50,474 bases of DNA from Myxococcales bacterium (GTDB lineage Bacteria; Myxococcota; UBA727; GCA-2721815). Of this stretch, positions 1 to 9,153 are shown one piece after another. The translations under genes were made by a program, and so were the position numbers. Numbering within the stretch: position 1 is the stretch's first letter; each line of letters begins with the position of its first letter. Below the pieces are notes generated by a model. That model was given only the letters and a program-made list of their open reading frames with translations, had not been told where the DNA came from and ran no database searches. The stretch covers positions 1 through 50,474 of the forward strand of contig PBLQ01000013.1 of NCBI GenBank assembly GCA_002721815.1. Reading direction: 5' to 3'.

Positions 1-2
1 TA

Positions 3-119
3 GCCGATTGCCCCGCCAACGCCGATGGCGCCCCCAACTGCCAATGCGCCGAAGGCTACAACGGCGAACTGGGTTGGGACGAAAATGCCCAAACCTGGAC
101 TGGGGAATGCACCGAGTAA
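3..119 (+). CDS. C-terminal fragment of a Cys-rich, EGF-like secreted protein; the gene starts upstream of the window
   Basis: Frame 3 reads ADCPANADGAPNCQCAEGYNGELGWDENAQTWTGECTE and stops at TAA 117-119. The CxC..GYxG spacing is EGF-like. The stop is convergent with the MATE gene stop at 133. Confidence 0.3.
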   Translation, partial: ADCPANADGAPNCQCAEGYNGELGWDENAQTWTGECTE

Positions 120-132
120 GCCAAGGGCAGCG

Positions 133-1491
133 CTAAACCCGAAAATCCCCCACCGGCCGATGCTGTGCGCGATAAAAGGTCGCCAAGTAAATGAGCGCCA
201 CGGTGCCGAGGCCCGCGGTGAGGCCCCACCACAGGCCTTGGATGCCGATGTCTAAAACGTAGGTGAGAATCAATCCGGTGGGCAACCCCACGCCCCAATG
301 GCCAATGATGTTGGCGTAAAAGGTGAGCTTGGTGATGCCCAAGCCGCGCAACACCCCCGCACCAGAGGTTTGCAACCCATCGCCCAACTGGGAAAAACCC
401 GCGATGAACACCAGGCTGCCCGCCATGGCAATGACGCCTTCTTGGTTGGTGACAAACCGCGCGATGTGCAGGGGAAACACCCACATGATCACGCCGCATA
501 CGAGCATGAAAACGGCGGTGATCAAAAAGGTCGACCAGCCACTTTCCACCATGTCTTTGCCGTTGAGGCTGCCCACGGCACGACCCACCTGAACAGAAGC
601 AGCAGCACCAATTCCGACGCAAATTGAGAAGCTTAGGCTGGTGATCTGAAGTGCCACTTGATGCGCAGCGGCGGCCGTGGTGCTGTGGCGGGCCATGAGC
701 AAAAGCACGATGCTGAAGCTCCCCACCTCCAAAAGCAGTTGGCCACTGATGGGAAAGCCGAGCCGATACAAATGTTTAATGGTGGGCAAGTCCAGCTTGG
801 GAACCTGAAAGCCTTTTGAGGCCATTTTGGTGGGCCAAAACAACCAAGCCATTTGCACAAACCCCGCCACGGTGCTGGCGGCGGCCACGCCCCAGGCATC
901 GAGACTCATGGCGCCGGGCGGCACGATCCATTGCCAGTTCTCGGGCAAAACGGCGCCGCACAACCACACATCGCCCACAAAGTTCACCACATTGGCCACG
1001 ATGGCGCTCACAAAGATGGGCTTGGTGAGATGATGGGATTGCAAATAGCTTTTGAGGTTCATGGCAAAGAGGAAAAACGACAGCGCCGGCAAACGCGCCT
1101 CCACGTAGACCAAGGCGTTTTCGTAAAGGCCTTGCTCGATGTCCATGAAGCGCAGGGCATAGGCGGCACACCAGGTGAGGGCGGTGAGAAAAATGGCATT
1201 CACCCCGGCGGCATAATGCCCTTGCCACAAAGCGTGGTGGGCCTTCTTTTCATCGCCGCTGCCAATGGCCTGGGAAATCACTGGGTCTAAGGCGAGGGCA
1301 ATGCCCAACCCCAACAGGCCGCAGGTGAAAAACACCGTGGTGCCCAAACCCACCGCACCCAAAATGGTTTCGTTGATGCGACCGGACACCAAAACGTCCA
1401 CAAACCCCATGAAATGCAGGCTCAGCTGGGTGGCCGCCAAGGGCACCGAGAGCGTGATGATTTTCTTGAGATTGTCTTTGGGCAGGCGCAT
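133..1491 (-). CDS. MATE family multidrug/oligosaccharidyl-lipid efflux transporter (NorM/DinF-like)
   Basis: The 556-aa ORF has 12 predicted TM segments and typical MATE sequence (LSVPLAATQLSLHFMGFVDVLVSGRI...). I trimmed the start to the internal ATG at 1491 (MRLPKDNLKK), giving ~453 aa. The longer upstream extension is Ser/Gly-rich with no TM. Confidence 0.8.
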   Translation of the reverse strand: MRLPKDNLKKIITLSVPLAATQLSLHFMGFVDVLVSGRINETILGAVGLGTTVFFTCGLLGLGIALALDPVISQAIGSGDEKKAHHALWQGHYAAGVNAIFLTALTWCAAYALRFMDIEQGLYENALVYVEARLPALSFFLFAMNLKSYLQSHHLTKPIFVSAIVANVVNFVGDVWLCGAVLPENWQWIVPPGAMSLDAWGVAAASTVAGFVQMAWLFWPTKMASKGFQVPKLDLPTIKHLYRLGFPISGQLLLEVGSFSIVLLLMARHSTTAAAAHQVALQITSLSFSICVGIGAAASVQVGRAVGSLNGKDMVESGWSTFLITAVFMLVCGVIMWVFPLHIARFVTNQEGVIAMAGSLVFIAGFSQLGDGLQTSGAGVLRGLGITKLTFYANIIGHWGVGLPTGLILTYVLDIGIQGLWWGLTAGLGTVALIYLATFYRAQHRPVGDFRV

Positions 1492-1579
1492 GGGGCCCCT
1501 TTTTGGGTGGGCAAAGCTTTTTTGGGTGCTTTTTCCCTTCGTGATTGGCATAACCATCCGGGAAATAAAAGGAGCTTGC

Positions 1580-2758
1580 ATGGGCATGCCAAAAGAAATG
1601 CGTCGTTTGTTGATCACCGTTTTGGGGGGCTTGGCGCTCATGGCCACCGCCTGTGGGACACCCGCCGAACCGAACGAGCCCCAACCCGAAGAAGAAGAAG
1701 AAGTGGTTCCCGATCGTGTCACCGGCTGCGATGGCGCTGCCTTTTTAGACCCGGTGGGGGCTTTGTCTGAAGATGGGCCTTGGCCGGTGGGTGCGGTGAA
1801 CACCCAAGTGAACTACAGCGAGACCGAAGTGTGGTACCCAGCGGTCCGGGGCAGCCAATCGGGGCAAGACAAACTCATCTACGACATTCGAGAGGTGATG
1901 CCCGATGCCGAAGGCGCCAAAATCGCCGACGCAGAAAACCCCTGGCACCATTGCAACTGCTACCGCGACTTGCCCCTCGACGAAAACAACGGTCCTTACC
2001 CGGTGATGATCTTCATCCACGGCACGGGCGGTTACCGCGGGCAATCCCTCAAACAAATGACCCATTGGGCGTCCCACGGGTACGTGGTGGTGGCCATGGA
2101 CCACCCGGGCCTCAACTTGGGTGACTTACTGGCGTTGCAAACGTCGCAAAACCTGGAGCGAGATGTGTCCAACCTGTTGGTGGCCCTCGATGCCCTCGAA
2201 GAGGATTTGGCATTTTTAAAAGGGCACATCGACATGAACCATTTGGCCATGAGCGGTCACAGTGCGGGGGGAACGGCCGTGGCCACCGAAGGCGACCGTG
2301 CCAAGGTGTTGATTCCCATGGCGGCCGGTGGCGCCCAAGCTGGGGACCGGTTGGCCTTTTCCATGGTGTTGGCCGCCCAAGACGATCAAATCGTGAATTA
2401 CGCCAGCACCCAAACCGCGTACGACCAAACACCAGCGCCCAAACTGTTTGCGGGTTTCGCCAGTGCGGGGCATCTGTTGTTTTCCGATATTTGTGAACTG
2501 GGCCGCGGCGGCGGTGGCCTGGTGCAAATCGCCATCGATAATGGCGTGTCCAACGCCTTTTTGGCGGCCGGGCTTTACGATGGCTGCAACGCGGGCCAAC
2601 TGTATTCCGATGTGGGGGCGCCCATCATCAATCACCTCACCACGGCGGTGCTCGACAACATTCTCAAGTGTCGCAGCGAACCCCACGACCTACAAGCCAT
2701 CGCCGACAGCTACAGCGAAGTGATCGACTTTAGTTTGGATAACGGCACCTCCGAATGA
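1580..2758 (+). CDS. Secreted alpha/beta-hydrolase lipoprotein (dienelactone hydrolase / PAF-acetylhydrolase-like lipase/esterase)
   Basis: ATG at 1580 follows an AAAGGAG RBS 7 nt upstream. Signal peptide with lipobox: MRRLLITVLGGLALMATAC. A GxSxG nucleophile elbow is present (MSGHSAGG), plus a VMIFIHGTGG oxyanion-type segment. The larger ORF 1265..2758 extends through the MATE gene on the opposite strand and is unlikely. Confidence 0.75.
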   Translation: MGMPKEMRRLLITVLGGLALMATACGTPAEPNEPQPEEEEEVVPDRVTGCDGAAFLDPVGALSEDGPWPVGAVNTQVNYSETEVWYPAVRGSQSGQDKLIYDIREVMPDAEGAKIADAENPWHHCNCYRDLPLDENNGPYPVMIFIHGTGGYRGQSLKQMTHWASHGYVVVAMDHPGLNLGDLLALQTSQNLERDVSNLLVALDALEEDLAFLKGHIDMNHLAMSGHSAGGTAVATEGDRAKVLIPMAAGGAQAGDRLAFSMVLAAQDDQIVNYASTQTAYDQTPAPKLFAGFASAGHLLFSDICELGRGGGGLVQIAIDNGVSNAFLAAGLYDGCNAGQLYSDVGAPIINHLTTAVLDNILKCRSEPHDLQAIADSYSEVIDFSLDNGTSE

Positions 2759-3651
2759 TCGCCATCGCCGGTGCCTTTTGCGCTTTGGGGTCGGCCGCGG
2801 GCTGGGCTTTGGCCACGGTCTACCTCACCAAGGGGGGCGACCGTTTTTCGGCCTTGAGCATCAACTTTCTCAAGGGCTTTTTTGCGTTTCCCTTTTTTCT
2901 TTTACTGCTGCCTTTCGTTCCCTTTAATTTAATCGAAGCCGCCCAAGCGCACCCCGACGCCCTGGGTTATTTGGTGTTGAGCGGTCTCATTGGCATGACC
3001 TTGGGCGACACCCTGATTTTGAGTTGCTTTTTAAAAATCGGGCCCCGCATCACCTTGGTGGGCATGGCTTTGGTGCCGTTTTTAACCAGCGTCATGGGCA
3101 TTTTTGTGCTCAACGAAAGCGTGTCGTGGGTGGGGGCTTTGGGGTTGGTGTTCACCATGCTCGGGTTGGTGGTGTTGCAGCAGCACCAAAACAAAAGCGC
3201 CGAGGGCCCACTCAACGGCGCGGCACTGTGGTTGTTGTTGGGGGCCATCACCTGTCAAAGCGCGGCCCACATTTTCACCAAACTGGGGCAAACGCCCTTT
3301 ACTTCTTTCGAAGTGAGCATGGTGCGGTTGGGCGTGGGGGCTGGGGCTTTGCTGTTGGTGCCGCCGGCGGTGCGCGCTTTGATCACGGACTTTAAAAACA
3401 AGACCCCCAGTAAAAAAGCCATGGGGCAAGTGGCTTTTGCCGCTTTTTGGGGCACCTTTGTGGCCTTTTGGTTGGTGCACCAAGCCTTTGCGTGGACCAA
3501 AGCGGGTTTGGTGGCCACGTTGTCTGCCACCAGTCCTTTATTTGTGTTGCCCTTCAGCTACTGGATCGAAAAGAAACCCATCGCCAAAGAAGAATGGCTA
3601 GGTGCATCGCTCGCCTTTGCAGGGGTGGTGCTTTTGGTGGGGTTTGGCTAA
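2755..3651 (+). CDS. EamA/DMT-superfamily transporter
   Basis: 298 aa with ~10 TM helices and the two-fold EamA repeat architecture. The ATGA start overlaps the previous gene's stop, indicating translational coupling. Confidence 0.8.
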   Translation: MIAIAGAFCALGSAAGWALATVYLTKGGDRFSALSINFLKGFFAFPFFLLLLPFVPFNLIEAAQAHPDALGYLVLSGLIGMTLGDTLILSCFLKIGPRITLVGMALVPFLTSVMGIFVLNESVSWVGALGLVFTMLGLVVLQQHQNKSAEGPLNGAALWLLLGAITCQSAAHIFTKLGQTPFTSFEVSMVRLGVGAGALLLVPPAVRALITDFKNKTPSKKAMGQVAFAAFWGTFVAFWLVHQAFAWTKAGLVATLSATSPLFVLPFSYWIEKKPIAKEEWLGASLAFAGVVLLVGFG

Positions 3652-3657
3652 CGCCTC

Positions 3658-4446
3658 TCAGTCGTCGTCTTGCTTGAGAATATTGGTGGCCACCATGGCA
3701 TCGATAAATTTTTGGGCCAGGTAGGCGTGGCCTTCATCGTTGGGGTGACCATCGTTGCCGTTCCATTCGGGGTGGGGCACGTTCATGTCTTCGATGGGGG
3801 CGATGACCAAAAAGTCGTAATCATCCTGCATACCTTTGATGACATCCCCTTTGGCTTTGAGCATGTCGTGGTCTTCTTGGCTGTAGCAACCGCCAGGCCC
3901 TTCGCCCACGCCACAGATGAGCGCTTCAGAAACGAAAAGGCGTCCCCACAACACCGTGACATCGTAGCGGGCCAGTTCATCCAGCAAGGCACGGGCGTGT
4001 TCTTCGAATTGTTCGGTTTGTGTGTATACGTAGTCGGTGAAGGGCAAAATGGTCACCAGCGCGGTGTCAGAAGTGGAAATGGCAATGAGATCGCTGGGCA
4101 TTTGCATGAGCCGGCGTCCGCCCAAGCCTCGGTTGTCCAGGGTGATGTCTGTGTAATCATTCCCCAGGTTGTTGTGAAGCAGTTGCACGTATTGCAGGGA
4201 TTCCGCCGAAGCACCTGCACCTGCAGTGGAGGAAGAGCCCAGGGCCAAGTAAAGGTTGTAGTCTTTCACTTCCACGGCTTTGTCCTTGGGCAGGAAGTCA
4301 TTGGATTGGGCGATGGGGGCCGCACTCAAACAACCCACGAAGGGGAGCAATAACAAAACTGGCGGCACAATCCATTTCACGGGCAATCCTTTGGTTCCGC
4401 TATGGTGTAGGATTTTTAACCTTCCGTCACAAGCACCTTGGCCCAT
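3658..4446 (-). CDS. SGNH/GDSL-family hydrolase lipoprotein (lipase/esterase)
   Basis: Lipoprotein signal: VKWIVPPVLLLLPFVGCLS. Block I LYLALGSSSTAG carries the GDS(x) Ser. The C-terminal DGHPNDEGHAYLA carries the catalytic DxxH. The true start is probably the GTG at 4378 (VKWIV...) rather than the upstream ATG at 4446. Confidence 0.7.
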   Translation of the reverse strand: MGQGACDGRLKILHHSGTKGLPVKWIVPPVLLLLPFVGCLSAAPIAQSNDFLPKDKAVEVKDYNLYLALGSSSTAGAGASAESLQYVQLLHNNLGNDYTDITLDNRGLGGRRLMQMPSDLIAISTSDTALVTILPFTDYVYTQTEQFEEHARALLDELARYDVTVLWGRLFVSEALICGVGEGPGGCYSQEDHDMLKAKGDVIKGMQDDYDFLVIAPIEDMNVPHPEWNGNDGHPNDEGHAYLAQKFIDAMVATNILKQDDD

Positions 4447-4541
4447 TGGGTCTTTTGTTGTGTGCTGGCGCCTTTTTCTTTCCCTCAGACCCCATCTTGG
4501 TTACCTTAAAGCAACCCCAGCGGCACAGGAGCAAAAGCCAC

Positions 4542-5174
4542 ATGGAGCCCGGCATTCAGAAATTTCCCAGCTATCACCAGCCCCAAGATTACCCGGGCCC
4601 CAAAAATTTCAAGGCATGGGCGGGTTCGGTAATTTTAAGGTTTTTCGGGTGGCGGGTAGCGGGCCAACTGCCAGACGTTCCCAAATGGGTGGCCATTGGT
4701 GCCCCCCACACCAGCAATTGGGACTTTCCCTTTATGGTGGCGGCCTCTTGGGTCATGGGGGTACGCTTACGCTGGCTGGGGAAAGCGGCCTTATTCAAGG
4801 GCCCGTGGGGGGGCATGATGAAAGCCCTCGGCGGGATTCCCGTGGACCGCACCCAAAGCAATGACATGGTTCAAGACATGGTGGATTGGTTTGAGAAATC
4901 AGACCATTTGGTGGTGGCCGTGCCGCCTTCAGGCACCCGAGCGTTTCGCGATCACTGGAAAACCGGTTTTTACTACATCGCCCAGCAAGCGGGGGTGCCC
5001 GTGGGGTTGGGCATCTTAGATTTCAAAGAAAAAGCCGCTGGTTTCACCGGCCTGTTGGTGCCCAGCGGTGATATTGAAAAAGATTTTGAGGCGTTGCGTG
5101 AGTTTTACGCCCCCATTGGCGCCAAATTCGCTGACAAGGTGAATACCGTTCAGTTGCGTCCCAAAGACCCTTAA
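4542..5174 (+). CDS. 1-acyl-sn-glycerol-3-phosphate (lysophospholipid) acyltransferase, PlsC family
   Basis: The HxxxxD acyltransferase motif is present (APHTSNWDFPF), along with a GIPVDR-type block and a PSGTR block. Start ATG at 4542 (MEPGIQKF) has a GGAG RBS ~11 nt upstream. The longer ORF from 4446 has a non-coding-looking N-terminus. Confidence 0.8.
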   Translation: MEPGIQKFPSYHQPQDYPGPKNFKAWAGSVILRFFGWRVAGQLPDVPKWVAIGAPHTSNWDFPFMVAASWVMGVRLRWLGKAALFKGPWGGMMKALGGIPVDRTQSNDMVQDMVDWFEKSDHLVVAVPPSGTRAFRDHWKTGFYYIAQQAGVPVGLGILDFKEKAAGFTGLLVPSGDIEKDFEALREFYAPIGAKFADKVNTVQLRPKDP

Positions 5175-5258
5175 ACCCACCTTTCACCAGTGCTTCATGG
5201 CTTTTCTTGCCCCCTATAATGGTGTTATGGTCCCTCGAATCACTCATTGGGGACCATT

Positions 5259-7217
5259 ATGAAAACTGCTTATTTGACCTTTGTGACCACCTTGCTTCTG
5301 GCGTTTACCGCCAACGCCAACCCGCGCGTGTATTTACCGCCCGTGACTTTGGCGGATTCTGCCAAGGGCATCGAAACCGATGGCCTCAACCTTGAAATGG
5401 CGGCTGCGGTGGGGGCCACTTCGGGCATGGACGTGCTCACCGAAAAAGACATTCAAACCTTGCTCAGTGTGGCGGCGGGCCAAGAGATGCTGGGCTGTGA
5501 CAGCATCAAGTGTCAAACCGACACGGCCAAATTGCTCGAGGTGGATTTTGTGTTGCGCTTTGAAGTGGCCATGGTGGAGAACAAACCGTTGCTGGTGGGC
5601 GTGCTCATGTCGCCGTCAGAAGGGCGTGTGATTCGTCGTGAGATGGTGCGTTTACCCCAAGATGTGGCGGCGGCGCGCGGGGTGCCCATTTTGGCCACCC
5701 AGGTATTCACGGCAGGCGGCGGTTCGTCAGTGGCCACGGCGGGTTTGAACACCGGTGAAGCACCCGATGGGGAAGCGGTCACCCTCGAAGAAAACAAAGA
5801 CCCTTTGGTCACCGGGTCGATTCTGGTGATGTTGTCTCGAGAAGAAACGAGCCTGCTCGACGAGGCAGGGTATGGCGCGGTGGAACGCATGGCTGCCGAG
5901 GCCTTGGGTGATTTGGCCAACATCACGGTGATCAGCAGCCAAGAGGCCCGCGATTTGGTGATTCAAGAAGCCAACGCCACCAACATGGGACAAGAGTCTT
6001 CGGGCGTTTTGGCCAAAGTAGGCGCTGCCCTCAAAGCCGACTACGTGGTGGGTTTGACCATTGGCGACTTGGGCGGCGCGGCGGCCGTGACGGGGTCATT
6101 GGTGCACGCCGAGTCCGCCGAAGTGATCACCCGTGGCTCCATCACCATGATGGACACCACCAACCTGGGGCCCGCGGCACAAGTGGTGGCCTTACAATTG
6201 TTGGGCATTGAAAAAGAGTTGCCGCCATCTCCCGCCGAAGCCAATCGCTTCGATGTGAAAATGAAAAAGCTCGCCGAACAAGTGGCCAAAACCTGGGCCG
6301 ATGGTAAACCTTCGGCTTTGAGCCGGTTGGCGGTGATGCCTTTTGAAGACGTGGCCGCCGAAGCCAAGGTGAATGGCATTGGCAAAGAAGCCAGCGAATT
6401 TGTGAAACGTGAGTTGGCCGGCACCTTAGAAAAACAGTTGGTGTCCGCCAAAAAACACGAAGAACTCTTCTCCATGAAAACCAAACCCATCGGCGAATGG
6501 GCGGAGGCCGATTTCAAAGAGAGCGCACGCTTTTTAGGCGCCTCTCACATTTTGACCGGTGAAGTGAAAAAACTGGGCAACGACTTTTTGCTGCGGGCCT
6601 ACATTTACGACGACATGACCGGCGAGAAAAAGGGCGCGGGCCACGTGTTCTTTCCCATGGGTGACCCGTCTAAACTCATCACCAAAGCGTTTGTGGTGCG
6701 CACCAAAGAAGAGGCTATCTTTCGTTCGTTGGTGCCCGGCTTTGGCCAGTTTTATAACGGGCCCAAGCATCGCGTGAAAGGGTTTGCTGTTTTGGGCGGG
6801 ACACTTTTGGGCTTGGCTGGGGCTGGGTATGCCGGTTACACGGGGTTTGAGGTCGCCCAAGAAACACGCATTTACGATGCGACATGGGAGCGCAATGGCG
6901 CATTTTCTCAGGATGTGGTCGACAGCATTGCCAATGAGTACAACAACTCAACGGCCTCGACGGACGAAGAATTCGCTGCGCTAGATAAAGAAATCGGTGA
7001 CAAATACGGTCTGCCGTTTCTGAGCTTGGGATGTGGTGGCGCCGATACGGATGCCAATCAGCCCTGTAAAGACCGCATAGACGAAATCAATGCCGAGGCT
7101 GGACAATGGTACATGATTGCTGCAGTCAGCGGCGGCGTCGCAGCTGCTTTTTACGTGTGGGGCATCGTAGACGCCTACATCTACGGCGAAGACTACTCCT
7201 CCATCATGGAAGAATAA
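5259..7217 (+). CDS. Hypothetical secreted/membrane-anchored protein (653 aa) with three LpoB/CsgG-like subdomains and a C-terminal TM hairpin
   Basis: Signal peptide MKTAYLTFVTTLLLAFTANA. Three segments share the pattern l..lkADyVv.G.i..lG....v.a.l.d (for example VGAALKADYVVGLTIGDLGG and ARFLGASHILTGEVKKLGNDFLLRAYIYD). Two C-terminal TM helices are present (FAVLGGTLLGLAGAGYAGY; WYMIAAVSGGVAAAFYVWGIV). No family assigned. Confidence 0.6.
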   Translation: MKTAYLTFVTTLLLAFTANANPRVYLPPVTLADSAKGIETDGLNLEMAAAVGATSGMDVLTEKDIQTLLSVAAGQEMLGCDSIKCQTDTAKLLEVDFVLRFEVAMVENKPLLVGVLMSPSEGRVIRREMVRLPQDVAAARGVPILATQVFTAGGGSSVATAGLNTGEAPDGEAVTLEENKDPLVTGSILVMLSREETSLLDEAGYGAVERMAAEALGDLANITVISSQEARDLVIQEANATNMGQESSGVLAKVGAALKADYVVGLTIGDLGGAAAVTGSLVHAESAEVITRGSITMMDTTNLGPAAQVVALQLLGIEKELPPSPAEANRFDVKMKKLAEQVAKTWADGKPSALSRLAVMPFEDVAAEAKVNGIGKEASEFVKRELAGTLEKQLVSAKKHEELFSMKTKPIGEWAEADFKESARFLGASHILTGEVKKLGNDFLLRAYIYDDMTGEKKGAGHVFFPMGDPSKLITKAFVVRTKEEAIFRSLVPGFGQFYNGPKHRVKGFAVLGGTLLGLAGAGYAGYTGFEVAQETRIYDATWERNGAFSQDVVDSIANEYNNSTASTDEEFAALDKEIGDKYGLPFLSLGCGGADTDANQPCKDRIDEINAEAGQWYMIAAVSGGVAAAFYVWGIVDAYIYGEDYSSIMEE

Positions 7218-7223
7218 AAAGAG

Positions 7224-8102
7224 ATGAACCCATCGTCGCAACACCCTTGGCTCATGGTGTTGGGCACTGCGCAAGATGGCGGGGTGCCCCAAACCGGTTG
7301 CCAAAAAAGCTGTTGCGAATGGGCGCGGGCCCAGCCAAATCGTCGCCGCATGCCTGCGTGTTTGGCGTTGATCGACCCCCAAAACAAAATGCGTTGGGTC
7401 ATCGACTGCACCCCCGATTTTCCGGCGCAGTTGGCGCTTCTCAACAACGCCACCGACCCCTCATGGGGCTTGGGACTGCTTTTGACCCACGCCCACATGG
7501 GCCATTATGTGGGCTTGGTGCACCTGGGTCGCGAAGTCATGGGCGCCGACCGCATGCCCGTGTATTGCATGCCCCAAATGGCCGTCTTTTTGAAATCGGA
7601 TGCGCCGTGGCGTCAATTGGTGACGCAGGGTCATATCGAGATTAAAGATTTGGTGCACGAACAAAGCGTGCAGCTCTCTTCCAACTTTACCATCACGCCC
7701 ATTCAAGTGCCGCACCGGGGTGAAATCTCAGAGGCGGTTTGTTTTAAAATCGAAAGTGGCACCCAAGCGGCACTGCATTTGCCCGACATCGACAACTGGG
7801 AGCAATGGGACAAAAACATTGAAGAGGTGTTGACCCAAGTGGATGTGGCGTGGTTGGACGGTACTTTTTTCAACATGGCCGAAGTGGGGCACCGCGATGC
7901 ATCGGTGATTCCCCATCCATCCATCGAAACCAGCTTGGCCCGTTTGGCGCCCCTAGATGCCGCGCTCAAGGCAAAAGTGCGTTTCACCCATCTCAACCAC
8001 ACCAACCCCGCGTGCAATTCAGCCAGTGACGCCTATGAACAGATCTTGGCGGTTGGCTGCCAGGTGGCCCAAGAAGGGGAAACTTTTGCGTTGGCTACTT
8101 AG
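7224..8102 (+). CDS. PqqB-like MBL-fold metallo-hydrolase (orphan; no pqqACDE nearby)
   Basis: N-terminus LMVLGTAQDGGVPQTGCQKSCCEWAR closely mirrors PqqB (KVLGSAAGGGFPQWNCNCxNC). The MBL HxHxDH-type block is present (LLTHAHMGHYVGL). An AAAGAG RBS precedes the ATG. Confidence 0.75.
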   Translation: MNPSSQHPWLMVLGTAQDGGVPQTGCQKSCCEWARAQPNRRRMPACLALIDPQNKMRWVIDCTPDFPAQLALLNNATDPSWGLGLLLTHAHMGHYVGLVHLGREVMGADRMPVYCMPQMAVFLKSDAPWRQLVTQGHIEIKDLVHEQSVQLSSNFTITPIQVPHRGEISEAVCFKIESGTQAALHLPDIDNWEQWDKNIEEVLTQVDVAWLDGTFFNMAEVGHRDASVIPHPSIETSLARLAPLDAALKAKVRFTHLNHTNPACNSASDAYEQILAVGCQVAQEGETFALAT

Positions 8103-8836
8103 GCAGCGCTCATGAGAATGGTGACGGCGAAAAGCAGTTGCGCACCGAAGTAAAAGGGCAATCCCCAAAACTTGTTGAAAAAGCCGGCTTGCTTGAAACG
8201 GTCCCGTGCCACCGAAATATCAGAAAGCCAAAATAAGGTGGCCGCCACAGGCATGAGCATCAGGTCTGTGGATTGAACGGCCACCCCAATGGACAAGGTG
8301 ACCATGGCGGTGATGACCACCACGTAACCGAGAATGGGTTTTTGCAGTTGGGCGGGCACATCTGGACGCAGCCAACGGTACACGCCCAGGGCAATGGCGA
8401 TCATGGGAATGGCGGCCACCAAAGCGCCCATGGGGCTGATGCCCACAAAAAAGAACGCGACGGTATAAGCCACGTGCGCCAGTAAAAAGGCGGCCACGCC
8501 ACCCAAAAACACTTTGCCCGAACCCTGGGGAATGAGACACAGGTCACCAACCACCGACAACACCAATCCCACAAAGACACAAAGGCCATAACCGGATCCG
8601 AAGGGGGCCGTGAACCAGCCGGCCAACAAGAATCCCAGGCAGGCCAAGGGTTTGAAGGTCCAACGGGCCCATTGCCAGTTGGTTTTTTCGGCCACCAACA
8701 GACCCAACACCCCCACCGCCGTGAGGGCCAGGCCGGTCCAAAAGCCGTTGGGAAATGGGTTTTGAGCCGGGCTGATGGGGCCATTGGTGAGGCCGGGCAG
8801 ATGGGCGCAGAGATTTTCTAAGCTGCTGATTAACAT
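8099..8836 (-). CDS. YhhN-family lysoplasmalogenase (TMEM86-like integral membrane hydrolase)
   Basis: 245 aa with ~8 TM helices. Sequence is characteristic of YhhN: GDLCLIP...FLGGVAAFLLAHVAYTVAF...ATLFWLSDISVARDRF. Convergent with the pqqB-like gene, overlapping by 4 nt. Confidence 0.8.
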   Translation of the reverse strand: MLISSLENLCAHLPGLTNGPISPAQNPFPNGFWTGLALTAVGVLGLLVAEKTNWQWARWTFKPLACLGFLLAGWFTAPFGSGYGLCVFVGLVLSVVGDLCLIPQGSGKVFLGGVAAFLLAHVAYTVAFFFVGISPMGALVAAIPMIAIALGVYRWLRPDVPAQLQKPILGYVVVITAMVTLSIGVAVQSTDLMLMPVAATLFWLSDISVARDRFKQAGFFNKFWGLPFYFGAQLLFAVTILMSAA

Positions 8837-9153
8837 GGACTTTTTCTTTCGGCGGGGAGTTGCTGCCCCCGTGTGGCGCGAACCCCCTGAGAGGGCTGGC
8901 CCCAGTCATCTTCTAAACCCCTAGAATATCACTGTAAAATAAAAACACGTTGGCCTGAAGATTCCTCCAAAAACTGCATTTTTTAGGGTCAAAAACGCCC
9001 CTAATTGGGGCAATGCCGGGACGCGCCGAGAGCGGCGGAAATTCTTCTAACACCTTGAAACTCTTGGGCGGCATGAAAGTCCATTTGGTGCTATACGATC
9101 AAGGTACTGCACGTTTGCGATCCATGCGCAGGCGTGTCGCTTGGGAGAATCAC

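Noticed and set aside
25-622. ORFs 25..255 (+) and 56..622 (-) at the window start
   Set aside because: They overlap the MATE transporter gene in other frames and have Arg/His/Pro-rich GC-bias composition typical of spurious ORFs. Only the 3..119 frame has protein-like (EGF-like) sequence.
3670-4353. 227-aa ORF on + strand
   Set aside because: It is antisense to the SGNH hydrolase gene, which has clear catalytic motifs. Its translation is low-complexity (G/V/H-rich).
9040-9110. Possible sigma70 promoter (TTGAAA ... TATACGAT) upstream of giant 1
   Set aside because: Spacing between the candidate -35 and -10 hexamers is ~31 nt, far from 17±1. No confident promoter can be called by eye. The 317-nt leader upstream of giant 1 remains uncharacterised.
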